Shown here: positions 55,901 to 64,000 of the stretch, in pieces
Layout of the letters: each line of letters starts with the position of its first letter
How positions within the stretch are numbered: position 1 is the stretch's first letter
IMG/VR virus record: IMGVR_UViG_3300028384_001500
Span: 62,001-126,000 of that record
Reading direction: 5' to 3' (one strand)
DNA: 64,000 nt
Position numbers and translations under genes: made by a program
Notes under the pieces: generated by a model
Seen by the model: only the letters and a program-made list of their open reading frames with translations
Database searches by the model: none
Told to the model about the DNA's origin: nothing

Positions 55901-56580
55901 TCTTCATAAAGAACTTTTCCGTTTTTATCTTTTATTTTGTCCTTTTTAAGATTTTTTACTCCATAAAAAAGTAAACAATCGTTCATCGATGCTATATTGT
56001 CTTGTGTTGGAGATTGCTCATAAGCAATAAGTTGATCATTTGACCTAAATGCAATATCAGCGTCTAGACTATCGCCAATAACTACTATTTCTTCTTGAGT
56101 AAACTCTTGTTGTTGTCCACTTTGTATGTCCAAAGATTGTCCTGCCTCTTGACGTTCAAAAATTTTTAAATCTTTATTAGGCGTATAGTTAAAAACTGAG
56201 TCAATAAAGCCTTCCCCTTGACCAGGTGGAAAAGTTCCAGGTACTGTCGTCATGACCTGTCTTATAAATTCATCTCCTTTAAATTCAGCCAGTTTGTCTA
56301 ACTTTGAAATATTACCTTGAGTCAATAAGTCATGAATAAAATACGTACCAGTCGTTCGATCTAAAATTCTAGGGGCAATCTGACTTATAAATTTAACTAA
56401 GTCTTCGTCTTGCTTATCTTCATTAACCGGTGGTAAAACATTGTCTATATTTTCATTAAAAATGTAAACATTGTTTTTAGACAGACCTAAAACAAAACCA
56501 GTAAAATCAGATGCTGCTTCTTTTAAGTTTTCATAGCTTAGGTTGTAATTACCTATTGAATCGTATTTTGAACTACTCAT
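52972..56580 (-). CDS. Large baseplate hub-like protein
   Basis: IVIEYGW; C-terminal MGMPMISRGNTIFID...YTVKDVTHTI...FSTTLTL; tail context. Confidence 0.6.
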   Translation of the reverse strand: MSSSKYDSIGNYNLSYENLKEAASDFTGFVLGLSKNNVYIFNENIDNVLPPVNEDKQDEDLVKFISQIAPRILDRTTGTYFIHDLLTQGNISKLDKLAEFKGDEFIRQVMTTVPGTFPPGQGEGFIDSVFNYTPNKDLKIFERQEAGQSLDIQSGQQQEFTQEEIVVIGDSLDADIAFRSNDQLIAYEQSPTQDNIASMNDCLLFYGVKNLKKDKIKDKNGKVLYEDDDKKKPKQYPSDVNIYSDQLFVPEINKSKGIPDRYNSPSLSALVMKHPKASIAGKGRDHLPIFFNAIPPIEMSRCVPYVSINVLTENYQRDANNKKLAPNKLNSAAFMRFTREKEGGGYVLEDSFGFGDLKPVSSAIKDDEKEALQNIDIAYMDIFNAPQTFSNADINRNEYSIDKIDPFTGKPNNNDPILEPIMPFLSLDSINVSITGAGYGIMSSKKASLKLTLHDRSRLRDLAPLVSSSQFATTRIVIEYGWNHPEGGVNSDNVIGRYLNSLKDRSVFQVVSCDYDFSEGSAVGINVGLVAYGFRQTERVHCGAGPEVPMNVFKEFIKKAAQDYSKSLNSTLGKEKAAEVRHEIKLNERSAKDISNSISWPTYRELMKAFRHNNQNAIVALKYALRIESALTEEEKEEIRLEALIDEDVDISVRPIMQKLESAGIFSENKETMLQRMYGKIKAFELGIDIVDPFITAVVYNSSLQKDLNEKDFLTGFIHENSPSLQKTAFSKNKGIGDSEFSEYVTLGKAISSLVGYPLAATCLYDEVQLVFYPLNHHSGGGRVHTTASLPIPIKEIREKFQEAVKISSNISVKRAFSILENIVKDKNLPVYNISDVFKKQTEFMGQKEEADKVDLMLANLSDEETKTALGLDLSDSTDEIIFNISQTNIKLGYGNKNSFNKGLLSNEEYKKRVSELTKKYSSVLSKQTKSALSQKLSEMYKTDGLAKIFPNYDKFVRPNISLDFEVVDAIYATNNDQEPDYYQRVKNSIFPPKDVDNGLHKNKTILRVHVYDEETVMSPKEHTLMTAMTDGINGELISLGSGNEEDVITNIKNMNFNEAKQYIKRTYPTIIYGSAGSTVRNLSVNSNTSGEMANILMVESYGNLRNGQVNGLSEETNFESITMFPNTVSCTLMGMPMISRGNTIFIDFGTNTSLDNIYTVKDVTHTIRAGDFSTTLTLVPSNMGAVSSFADNLAKTFETTK

Positions 56581-56882
56581 ACTAACAACCCAAAGACTTC
56601 AGAAAGACTACTAGGAACTCTGACAACTGTTCCTGGCGGAACTTGAAGAGCGTAACCTATTCCACTAGCTGCTGCAAGAACCCACCAAAAACTAGAGTCT
56701 CCATAATAGAGACCTGCTAAGTAATCTAGTCTCTCGCCTTCTTCTAAGATATGAACTGTATAATTAATAGCTTGTCTTTCGACAGCTTTGAATATTCTTG
56801 GACTAGCATTTGATATACCTACAAATCCTTCACCCAGGCTAGTTTTTCCGTTTTTTGTAAAAGAGTATCTTGAAAATGCCAT
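56577..56882 (-). CDS. LysM / gp53-like baseplate wedge protein
   Basis: ERLDYLAGLYYGDSSFWWVLAAASGI. Confidence 0.75.
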   Translation of the reverse strand: MAFSRYSFTKNGKTSLGEGFVGISNASPRIFKAVERQAINYTVHILEEGERLDYLAGLYYGDSSFWWVLAAASGIGYALQVPPGTVVRVPSSLSEVFGLLV

Positions 56883-56889
56883 AATCTAC

Positions 56890-59800
56890 CTATTTGTTGT
56901 TTTTACCTGTTGACTTTAAAGAATATGCACCTTTTTCCCTAAAGTTAAACTCAGCCTGATTTCCTCCGTCACTATAAACGTCACCTGAAACATTACGCAT
57001 AATTTCACCAACGTTGTAAAGAGGTGCTTTATTATAACCACTATGATCAAGACCAGGAGGAATGTCATGAATAACATCAAAACTAAAAGATATTTTACAT
57101 CCCATAGGTGCACGAGCGCCATAATCAACTTCCCATGGAAAATTATCTAACCAGTTAAAGTTAATGCCACCCATAACACCTGCCAATCCTCGCCCTCTTG
57201 TAGTTTCTATAGCCCTTACAAAAGGATTGTTTTCCGGTCTCATAAATAAAGAAGTATCTGAAGCGTAAAGTGTTCTGACAAAATCAACTACTTCGTTAGG
57301 AACACCTACACCCTGGGACCATTCTGTACTTAAATTAAGTGCTGAATCTATTACACCTGTCGGGTCTGTTAAGAAAAGTGAAGCGCCAACAATACTAGTG
57401 TTAAAAAGCTCTTTAGGGTCTGGTAATATATCGTGATGAGACACAATCAAATACGTTTCTTTTAACTCTTTTGGTGCATTACCATCTGTCACTTTAACTT
57501 TATAGCCAATTGTATTTGCTGGTAATCCTTCAAAGTCTGTTCCTTTTTCTACAACCCTTATTTTTAGTCTTCTACTCACAAGAAACTTTTTACCTGTCTC
57601 GGCATAATAACCATTAACGACATTAGGTTTAAGTATCATCCTTCTGAAAGCACTAACGATTCCTGTCGTATTGTACCCACCTGATATGTTGTTGCCTGTT
57701 GTAGGATTATAAAGAGAGCTATTGTCAATATTTCTCCTTAGTTTACCTAATGTAGTTCCAGAAACGCCTACGTCAGTTAAATTTGGGTCTCTCAGTTGTC
57801 TAACTATTCCGCCTACAGCAAGCGGATTTGCATAACCGTTTACTAAAAAATTAGACAACAACTGTATAACAGCGCCTTTTCCAGCTTTCATTGCTGATTT
57901 AGCTATTTGACTTCCAGGAGTTTCAGCGCTATTAAAAGCTGTTGTAACTATTGAATGCGGGCTTCCAAATAAAGCTAGCCAAGTTTTTAAAACAACCTCT
58001 TGAGCCTGGTTCATATCATCAATAGCAGCACTGTCATTTATACCTTGTTTTAAAAGAGAAGACTCTTCAGGTCTTACACTAACGTTACCATCACCAATAC
58101 CAAACGTTCTTGCCAGCGCAAATCTAGAATAATTTGACTTAATAACATCACCAATGCGCAAACGAACAATAGGGGAAGCACCAATTACCTGACTAAAAGG
58201 CATGTAAAATTTACTGTCTCCTGACTCAGAGTTAGAAACCATAGATCCGGCAGTCCATTGCGGGTATAATAGTGTCACTAATTTATTTATCTTATACCAC
58301 ATCGCATCAAAGTCTTCTCTATTAGTGGCAAAAAGAGTAAATCCTACACTCAAACTCCTGCTAGTGCTTTTATATATTTGAACTGCATCCATACGACCGT
58401 AACCATCGACCTTGTTAAAGTTAGGAGATATCTGATCTGTTAGTGTGTCTAAAAATGCATTAAAAGAAATAATTTCGTTAGTTCTAAGGTCTTGAATATA
58501 GAACGGTACATACTCAGCATCAAGTTTATCTTCAAGTACTTTTACCACTTCGTTAGGAATTCTATTATAAGATCCGTCAACGTCGATACCAGTGAAGGTA
58601 TTTTTGACTAATTTTGATCCAAACATGCCTCTAACAGGACTAGCTCCATATACAGTATTGTTAAGTTTTGATGCAGCTCTAATTATATTTGCTGGAAGTA
58701 TGTACATAGAAGGTGTACTATCTTGAGACCAACTTAACTCATTTTTATTCATACCAAATTTCTTTCTAGACTTGTGAACAGCTGCTTCGTCCGGGTATGA
58801 GTCTACATCTCTAAGTGTTTTAAAGTCTTGTTCAGCATTTTTAACACCTGAGGTTGTCTGTAAGCTAATATCACCTATAACTGCCATGGCATTAAAAAAT
58901 CTAATAAACTTGTTATTCTCTAAAAGATCTTTATAGACAATAAAAAGATCGTTTTCGTCCATAGGTTCGTTAAGGCTGCTAGTTCTACCCACAACTGTCT
59001 CATATGTTTTAAGAACAGATTTTGCCACTGCTAACCAAAAACCAGGTGCTTGACCCAACACTCTGCTTTTAATTATTTTTTCTTCATCATCTGATTTAAA
59101 GTCTTTGCCTAATATAACCTCAAGCCCTCTGTCTATCGCATCACCAAGCGGATAAGTTGTATTTGTCAGGACATTTGAAAAAATATGATTATCTATTTTT
59201 AAAGAAGCTAGCTTTCTTGAACGACCTAGCATATAAGCACCAATGTCAACTTTGCTATTTTCTGATAAGTAAGCCTCAGCCGAAGACTGAAGATCAAATT
59301 TATCTTCTTCTCTAAGAATATTTATAAAACTATCAAAAAACGACTTACCAATATTTTTTAAAGCAATTAGTGCTATAGCAGCTTGTATTTTATGTAACTT
59401 GAGTGATTGACCTGAAAACCTAAATACACTATTGTAAGTTGCCCCAAAAGTCTGATTACTTTCAGCGCCTGCTTCATTTTCAATTATTTCACCTCGACCG
59501 GCTCTAATTGACTCGCCACTTACTTCTTCTGGAAAACCCTTCGCATTTTTGGCTCTAACATTGCTAAAATTAACTTTGGTTAACCCAGAAGATTTACCTA
59601 GGTTACTACCTATTTCATTGTTAAAGATTTGATCAGAGACATCTGTGATATCGCCAGAACTACTAGGGGAGTCTCCGAGATCAAAACCCGTACTTTTAAA
59701 AAGAAGACTAGCTGCCAAAGACTTTAGCTCGTTAATGCTAACAATATTACCATCTACTTCATATTCACCAAACTTATTTTGAGGATTTAGTGTACCACGA

Positions 59801-60426
59801 TTGTCAACCTTGTCTGACGTCTCAAAGTCTTCTGGTCTTTGTGGTTTAACTGTAAAAGATGTTCTTTTTTCATCCCCTACATTAGCAAATCTATTGTTTT
59901 TTAAAAACATTTTTTGAGTTGCTTGCACAATATCATTATTAACACCATTTGGGTTAGTTAGTGTCATTCCTGAATTGCTTAGGCTAGTACCTAGTACGTC
60001 TTTAAGTTTATCGTTATTTTGGTCATTCTGATTAACTTTATCAATTAGTGTAGATAAGGGTGTTCCGGAATCATCAAATTTACCGCTATTACTATACTCA
60101 TTAAGTTTTGACTTTAAAACAGTACCTTGCTTAATAAAAACTTCTTCTGCAGATGACGTATCTGCAATAGGAATTTGATCGCCTTTGTTGTTTCTATTAC
60201 CTAGCGAGTTTCCGCCTTTTAACTTGTAATTGTTTGACGATCCGTCTACAATATGTTTAAGGTAATCACCTAACAGACCGCTAATTTCATTAGATAAATC
60301 TAATAACTCTTCACCAGTTCCAGGTTCAATTCCAACTCCGTCCGGAGCATCTTTAAGTGTAATTGTTATACTATCTTTTGTAGAGCCTCTTTGTGTAAGA
60401 AAGTCTTTAAGTGTTTCTCTTGACAA
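56890..60426 (-). CDS. Large baseplate / tube-initiator-like protein
   Basis: FNAFLDTLTD...YGRMDAVQIYKSTSRSLSVGFTL...KINKL...YP; between tape measure and LysM genes. Confidence 0.6.
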   Translation of the reverse strand: MSRETLKDFLTQRGSTKDSITITLKDAPDGVGIEPGTGEELLDLSNEISGLLGDYLKHIVDGSSNNYKLKGGNSLGNRNNKGDQIPIADTSSAEEVFIKQGTVLKSKLNEYSNSGKFDDSGTPLSTLIDKVNQNDQNNDKLKDVLGTSLSNSGMTLTNPNGVNNDIVQATQKMFLKNNRFANVGDEKRTSFTVKPQRPEDFETSDKVDNRGTLNPQNKFGEYEVDGNIVSINELKSLAASLLFKSTGFDLGDSPSSSGDITDVSDQIFNNEIGSNLGKSSGLTKVNFSNVRAKNAKGFPEEVSGESIRAGRGEIIENEAGAESNQTFGATYNSVFRFSGQSLKLHKIQAAIALIALKNIGKSFFDSFINILREEDKFDLQSSAEAYLSENSKVDIGAYMLGRSRKLASLKIDNHIFSNVLTNTTYPLGDAIDRGLEVILGKDFKSDDEEKIIKSRVLGQAPGFWLAVAKSVLKTYETVVGRTSSLNEPMDENDLFIVYKDLLENNKFIRFFNAMAVIGDISLQTTSGVKNAEQDFKTLRDVDSYPDEAAVHKSRKKFGMNKNELSWSQDSTPSMYILPANIIRAASKLNNTVYGASPVRGMFGSKLVKNTFTGIDVDGSYNRIPNEVVKVLEDKLDAEYVPFYIQDLRTNEIISFNAFLDTLTDQISPNFNKVDGYGRMDAVQIYKSTSRSLSVGFTLFATNREDFDAMWYKINKLVTLLYPQWTAGSMVSNSESGDSKFYMPFSQVIGASPIVRLRIGDVIKSNYSRFALARTFGIGDGNVSVRPEESSLLKQGINDSAAIDDMNQAQEVVLKTWLALFGSPHSIVTTAFNSAETPGSQIAKSAMKAGKGAVIQLLSNFLVNGYANPLAVGGIVRQLRDPNLTDVGVSGTTLGKLRRNIDNSSLYNPTTGNNISGGYNTTGIVSAFRRMILKPNVVNGYYAETGKKFLVSRRLKIRVVEKGTDFEGLPANTIGYKVKVTDGNAPKELKETYLIVSHHDILPDPKELFNTSIVGASLFLTDPTGVIDSALNLSTEWSQGVGVPNEVVDFVRTLYASDTSLFMRPENNPFVRAIETTRGRGLAGVMGGINFNWLDNFPWEVDYGARAPMGCKISFSFDVIHDIPPGLDHSGYNKAPLYNVGEIMRNVSGDVYSDGGNQAEFNFREKGAYSLKSTGKNNK

Positions 60427-60657
60427 TTATAACTCCTTAATACTATCTAAAATTAACTTTTTAAAGTTATCTCTTTTCTTCTTATTTTCTAAAATATTTT
60501 TTTGTGCGTCCAATACAGGAGAAAACGATGTAATCATCTCTGTTATATAAGTATCTATAACTTTAAGTTCATCTTGTGACAAATTTAAACCAAGCACATA
60601 ATCATATACTTCTTTTTTGATATGTTCTGATAAATTAAGTTTTTGACGTTGTTGCAT
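60427..60657 (-). CDS. Hypothetical protein
   Basis: Coupled ORF in the tail operon. Confidence 0.5.
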   Translation of the reverse strand: MQQRQKLNLSEHIKKEVYDYVLGLNLSQDELKVIDTYITEMITSFSPVLDAQKNILENKKKRDNFKKLILDSIKEL

Positions 60658-62545
60658 AAACTATTCCTTCGTCTGTTTCTATTTGATAAATTCCTGTTTT
60701 AACTAACCCCTTCGCGTCAATAGTCACATTTGTTGTAGGTTGGAGGTTTATAGAAAAAGCGCCACCCATTAAATTTTTATTTAATGTTTTTAATTCTTCT
60801 TCTGTATTAGCGCTAGACTCAGCTACTTTTTCTTGTGATTCATTAGCTTTTGTTTCAACTTGTTCAGTAATGACTGTATTAGTAGGTTTAACAGGCTCTG
60901 GATTTTTCGGTGCGGGAGGACCTACAAACTCATCTTTTTCAATGCCAGCATAACTTAAACCTACGTTAACACCCTCAGCTCCTAGTTCACCTGCAAGGTT
61001 AGCTAATTGTCCCAATTGAGTAATTGTTTGGGAACCAATACTATTAACCACTTTTTCAGTCTTTTGCAAAGATATGATCGCATTATCTAACGCAGCTTGG
61101 CTTAGTCTAAATTGTCCTATTGCTTTACCTGGTAATTCACCTGCTGCTTCTCTAGTACGAATAATATTTCTTGCAACTTCGTCAGAAAATGTTGCCTGCA
61201 TTCTTAATGACTTTTCAAACTCATGGGCACCTCTATACGCACCTTCATAAGCACCACCAAAATTCTCAATTGCAGTCGCCATACCGTCCATTGTTTCTGC
61301 TTCAGTTGTTGCTGCTTCTAATCCCATTTGATCAACTTGAAGTTCACCATCTCTCATAAACTGTCGCATCTGTTCAACATTCATATTTAGCTGTCCAGCC
61401 AAAGCTCTCTGTCTAGTTTTGGACATGTTTTCTACGTCTAGTCCGGCATCAAGAATTTCCTCTCTCATTCTGAATAAAAATTCTTCTTGATCTTCATTAG
61501 CCAGATATGTCATTTCCATAGCATCCATTTGAATTCCAAATAGCGCTGAAAGGTCGCCCATTTTTTGTGCAGCACTATCAAAATTCATAAACTGATTTGT
61601 CATGTTTTGAAATGTTTGAAAATCCAACCCTAGTTGATTTAATGCGCCTGCGATTCTAGCAGCAGAATCTACACCAATATCTCCAAATTTTTCTGTATCT
61701 TGCATAATATCAAGAATATTAGCTTGCAAAGTTTCTGCTGCAGCACCAGTTGCTTTTCCAACAGATACAGCTGCAGCTGCAACGTCCTCTATAATTTGAG
61801 CAGAAGCTTCACCGGAAAAGGCATATTGTCTTCTTAGAATATTACCCATCGTATTAGATTCAATATTCATACGTTTAGAAAGAATAGCAATTCTCTCAGC
61901 TTCTTCCTCACCGAGTTCTTTTAAAGACATTGACAAGCTTACATTTTCAGCTGAGACGTCTACTAAAACATCTTTAAATAAATTAGCAGCCTCAACAGGA
62001 TCTTTAAATAGTTCTATTAGTGCATTTTTTCCTTTAAGAGCTCCTGATTCTATTTCTAAAGCTGAGTCTTTTCCATTAGCACTGACTAATCCTAAATGTT
62101 GTGCCGCCTCTAATGCTTGGCCCGAAACCCCGCTTAAGGCTTCACCTGAAGCGTATGCAGCCTCTGTTATGCCGCCAAAAGTTTTTTGAACTTGTCGAAA
62201 ATACAATACTTCGTCATCTAACTCTTTATTGTAGCTGCCTAATGCATTAAGGGCAATTTTTCCCATTTCCCCCACAGCTTTAAAAGATGCACCAAACACA
62301 GCTGTCGCATTTGCCGATACTGACTTAATAAACTTTTTATTTTTTTCGCTTTCAGATTCTCTTTCATCGTCTCTTTCATCACTAGAACTAGAAAAATCAA
62401 CGTCCGGAACGGTGTCATCACTACCTGAAGTAGATGTCGTGTCACCCGGTGAACTTGATCTTCTACCGGTGAACAGTCTTGAAACACTAGGGTCGGACAT
62501 AGCTTCTATAAAAGCTTCTTTAATTTCGTCTTTTGTAATTGACAT
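60635..62545 (-). CDS. Tape measure protein
   Basis: Ala/Gly-rich helical; FMNFDSAAQKMGDLSALFG, LAGQL; follows the tail chaperones. Confidence 0.7.
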   Translation of the reverse strand: MSITKDEIKEAFIEAMSDPSVSRLFTGRRSSSPGDTTSTSGSDDTVPDVDFSSSSDERDDERESESEKNKKFIKSVSANATAVFGASFKAVGEMGKIALNALGSYNKELDDEVLYFRQVQKTFGGITEAAYASGEALSGVSGQALEAAQHLGLVSANGKDSALEIESGALKGKNALIELFKDPVEAANLFKDVLVDVSAENVSLSMSLKELGEEEAERIAILSKRMNIESNTMGNILRRQYAFSGEASAQIIEDVAAAAVSVGKATGAAAETLQANILDIMQDTEKFGDIGVDSAARIAGALNQLGLDFQTFQNMTNQFMNFDSAAQKMGDLSALFGIQMDAMEMTYLANEDQEEFLFRMREEILDAGLDVENMSKTRQRALAGQLNMNVEQMRQFMRDGELQVDQMGLEAATTEAETMDGMATAIENFGGAYEGAYRGAHEFEKSLRMQATFSDEVARNIIRTREAAGELPGKAIGQFRLSQAALDNAIISLQKTEKVVNSIGSQTITQLGQLANLAGELGAEGVNVGLSYAGIEKDEFVGPPAPKNPEPVKPTNTVITEQVETKANESQEKVAESSANTEEELKTLNKNLMGGAFSINLQPTTNVTIDAKGLVKTGIYQIETDEGIVYATTSKT

Positions 62546-62571
62546 AAATATTCCTGTTTAGATATAAATAT

Positions 62572-62842
62572 CTATGTTCCTAACTTATTTTTAATACCAG
62601 CTTCAAACTTATTTAGCATATCCATTTGGTTGTTACTATTACGATTTTTATTTCCACCGCTTCTAGCATCTTCAAATGCTTTGTTTTTATCGTCAAAATG
62701 TTTAACAAGTCGGCGTAGAAACCAAGTACGATACCGTATTGGTAACTTATGCACCTCTGAATATGACATGTTAAGGTGAAGCTGGAGGGCGAAGAATTCT
62801 TCTAGTATGTCTTCTCTCCAACTATGTACTGGGCCAAAAAAA
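62572..62842 (-). CDS. Tail chaperone extension (gpT-like), probably reached by frameshift
   Basis: EEFFALQLHLNMSYSEVHKLPIRYRTWFL; overlaps the end of the upstream chaperone at a T7 run. Confidence 0.6.
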
Positions 62843-63625
62843 CTCCGAATTAATCGGAAGCCCCATGTCATTATAATGATCGCAATTACTGCAATTATAC
62901 TTCCAGCGCATATCAATGCCTGGTTCAGTATCTTTGATATGTTTTCTTAGTTTTCTACTATCCATTGCCGGCATATTTAAAACAAAATGCTTGATTTTAT
63001 TTTTATCTGTAATACCATCAATAGAAACAATTGTATTTTCTAAATAACTGGTAACAGAGTTATTATAAACTACACCCGCTGCTTTAAGTCTTTTTTCTGT
63101 AATTTCAATTTCTTTTTGATCATGCCCAGTTAAAAGTTTAAATTTTACTTCTTTTTTTGTAACAGGTAACACATAGGAAAATAAGTTTTTACCAGGCTCT
63201 ACTGGGTTTTCACTAAGGCGCCTAATAGATAACTGACTTAAGTCTACATCGACTTTGTTGTTTTTTCCGCACTTTTGACAATTGTGTTTTACTTTGTAGT
63301 CTGTACCATAACCTGTGATTCTAATAGAAACCATCAAAGAGTTTCTGTCGCCATCAATCATGTCGTTAACATTAATTGTTTTGTTAATCAAACAAGATTC
63401 AATAAGCTTTTCAATTACTGTACCATCTTTAATGTATGCCTGACTAGAAAGAATGTCTTCTTCACGCGCTGTCATTGCCTTTATTTGTAGGGTTTCTGTA
63501 TTATGTAAAATAGAGTCTGGGTGGTAAATTACTCCTTTTGACGGAAGAGGTACACTCTCAACTGGAACCTCCCATCCAAATTCGTCTTTTATAACGTTAC
63601 TACGTGGAATCATGTCATTGTTCAT
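62822..63625 (-). CDS. T4 gp26-like tail/baseplate assembly chaperone
   Basis: VPLPSKG, KAMTAREEDIL, GDRNSLMVSIRITGYG, CQKC and CSNC, ends EFFWP. Confidence 0.8.
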   Translation of the reverse strand: MNNDMIPRSNVIKDEFGWEVPVESVPLPSKGVIYHPDSILHNTETLQIKAMTAREEDILSSQAYIKDGTVIEKLIESCLINKTINVNDMIDGDRNSLMVSIRITGYGTDYKVKHNCQKCGKNNKVDVDLSQLSIRRLSENPVEPGKNLFSYVLPVTKKEVKFKLLTGHDQKEIEITEKRLKAAGVVYNNSVTSYLENTIVSIDGITDKNKIKHFVLNMPAMDSRKLRKHIKDTEPGIDMRWKYNCSNCDHYNDMGLPINSEFFWPST

Positions 63626-63648
63626 ATTTCTACTCCTAAATACAGAAA

Positions 63649-63675
63649 AAGCTTCTATAAATTATATAGAAGCTT
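63649..63675 (-). terminator. Hairpin or terminator after the tail tube gene
   Basis: AAGCTTCTATA/TATAGAAGCTT followed by a T-run. Confidence 0.6.
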
Positions 63676-63704
63676 CTCTAAAAGTAAATAAAAATTAATT
63701 CTTC

Positions 63705-64000
63705 TTAGAACTGTAGTACACAATTGTCAACTTCTAGCGTTAAAGAAACTTTCATTAAGTCAGTTCCATCATAAGATAGACTTCCAAAGTTTGCTGATTG
63801 AATAATTGCACCTTTAATATCCCAAAGCTCAACAACTGTACCAATTGGATCTAACATTTTAAGTTGAAGATCACGCTTATAAAAATCAGCGTACCCTGCA
63901 CGACCTGAAACTGATTCGTAATGTGTTCTAACCCACTCCATAACTTGTTGCGCGCCTGATGGTGCAATTGGGTCATGAAGATCAACTGATATCGAGCCCC
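63705..64000 (-). CDS. Tail tube protein (gp19-like), partial, runs off the right edge
   Basis: The frame stays open upstream of the track start: DLHDPIAPSGAQQVMEWVR...GRAGYADFYKRD...W.IKGA. Confidence 0.85.
   Translation of the reverse strand, partial: GSISVDLHDPIAPSGAQQVMEWVRTHYESVSGRAGYADFYKRDLQLKMLDPIGTVVELWDIKGAIIQSANFGSLSYDGTDLMKVSLTLEVDNCVLQF

Noticed and set aside
14553-57128. Short minus-strand out-of-frame ORFs nested in large genes (14553-14786, 16374-16712, 17229-17471, 25743-26075, 27084-27293, 34402-34632, 48482-48676, 56916-57128)
   Set aside because: Alternate-frame ORFs inside conserved enzymes or structural genes, with no motifs or slippery-site context noticed
2088-63490. 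All plus-strand ORFs in the track (for example 2088-2453, 6346-6705, 44032-44718, 48271-48726, 53756-54178)
   Set aside because: They are antisense shadows of well-supported minus-strand genes and have no recognisable motifs
1-64000. Alternative genetic code (stop-codon reassignment, as in some large phages)
   Set aside because: DnaE, RNR, RecA, the helicase and the baseplate genes are full-length under the standard code, and TAA, TAG and TGA all act as stops
1-64000. tRNA genes, CRISPR arrays, integrase or transposase
   Set aside because: Intergenic gaps are short and explained by promoters and terminators; no cloverleaf, spaced repeats or recombinase motifs found
1-64000. Eukaryotic giant virus, cellular chromosome, or a stand-alone contractile injection system
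   Set aside because: SD-led coupled operons, T4-like tail genes, a gp32-like SSB, holin and amidase, and a full replication module fit a tailed bacteriophage; no capsid gene lies in the window, so this is inferred

Overview
A 64 kb, AT-rich segment of a large T4-like myophage genome. All plausible genes lie on the minus strand and use the standard code. In transcription order (right to left) it holds: a contractile-tail module (tail tube, tail chaperone with a likely programmed frameshift, tape measure, baseplate proteins); a replication module (minimal family-A polymerase, gp32-like SSB, RecA, 5'-3' exonuclease, DnaB-like helicase, class II RNR, and further on a DnaE); ClpP, a Dps-like protein and an amidase; modular fibre-like proteins; a dense nucleotide-metabolism set; and a late operon with an Fe/Mn SOD and a holin/spanin-like cassette. 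A CglF/GltF gliding-motility homologue points to a Myxococcota/Bdellovibrionota-like host. Two candidate systems stand out. (1) About 11 otherwise unrelated proteins share an N-terminal basic amphipathic leader ending in a T4 gp21-like (I/L)-x-E site. Their payloads include an ADP-ribosyltransferase, SOD, two permuted papain-like enzymes, a colicin-M-like motif and a membrane hairpin, which suggests a capsid-packaged effector repertoire. (2) A possible cytosine-modification pathway centred on a dNMP kinase fused to a ThyA-fold domain with Asp at the dCMP-specificity position, alongside a MazG-type pyrophosphatase pair, a Ser-to-Cys ThyX, an NDT/MilB-like hydrolase and two NDP-sugar epimerases. 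All family assignments come from motif recognition by eye; no database searches were run.
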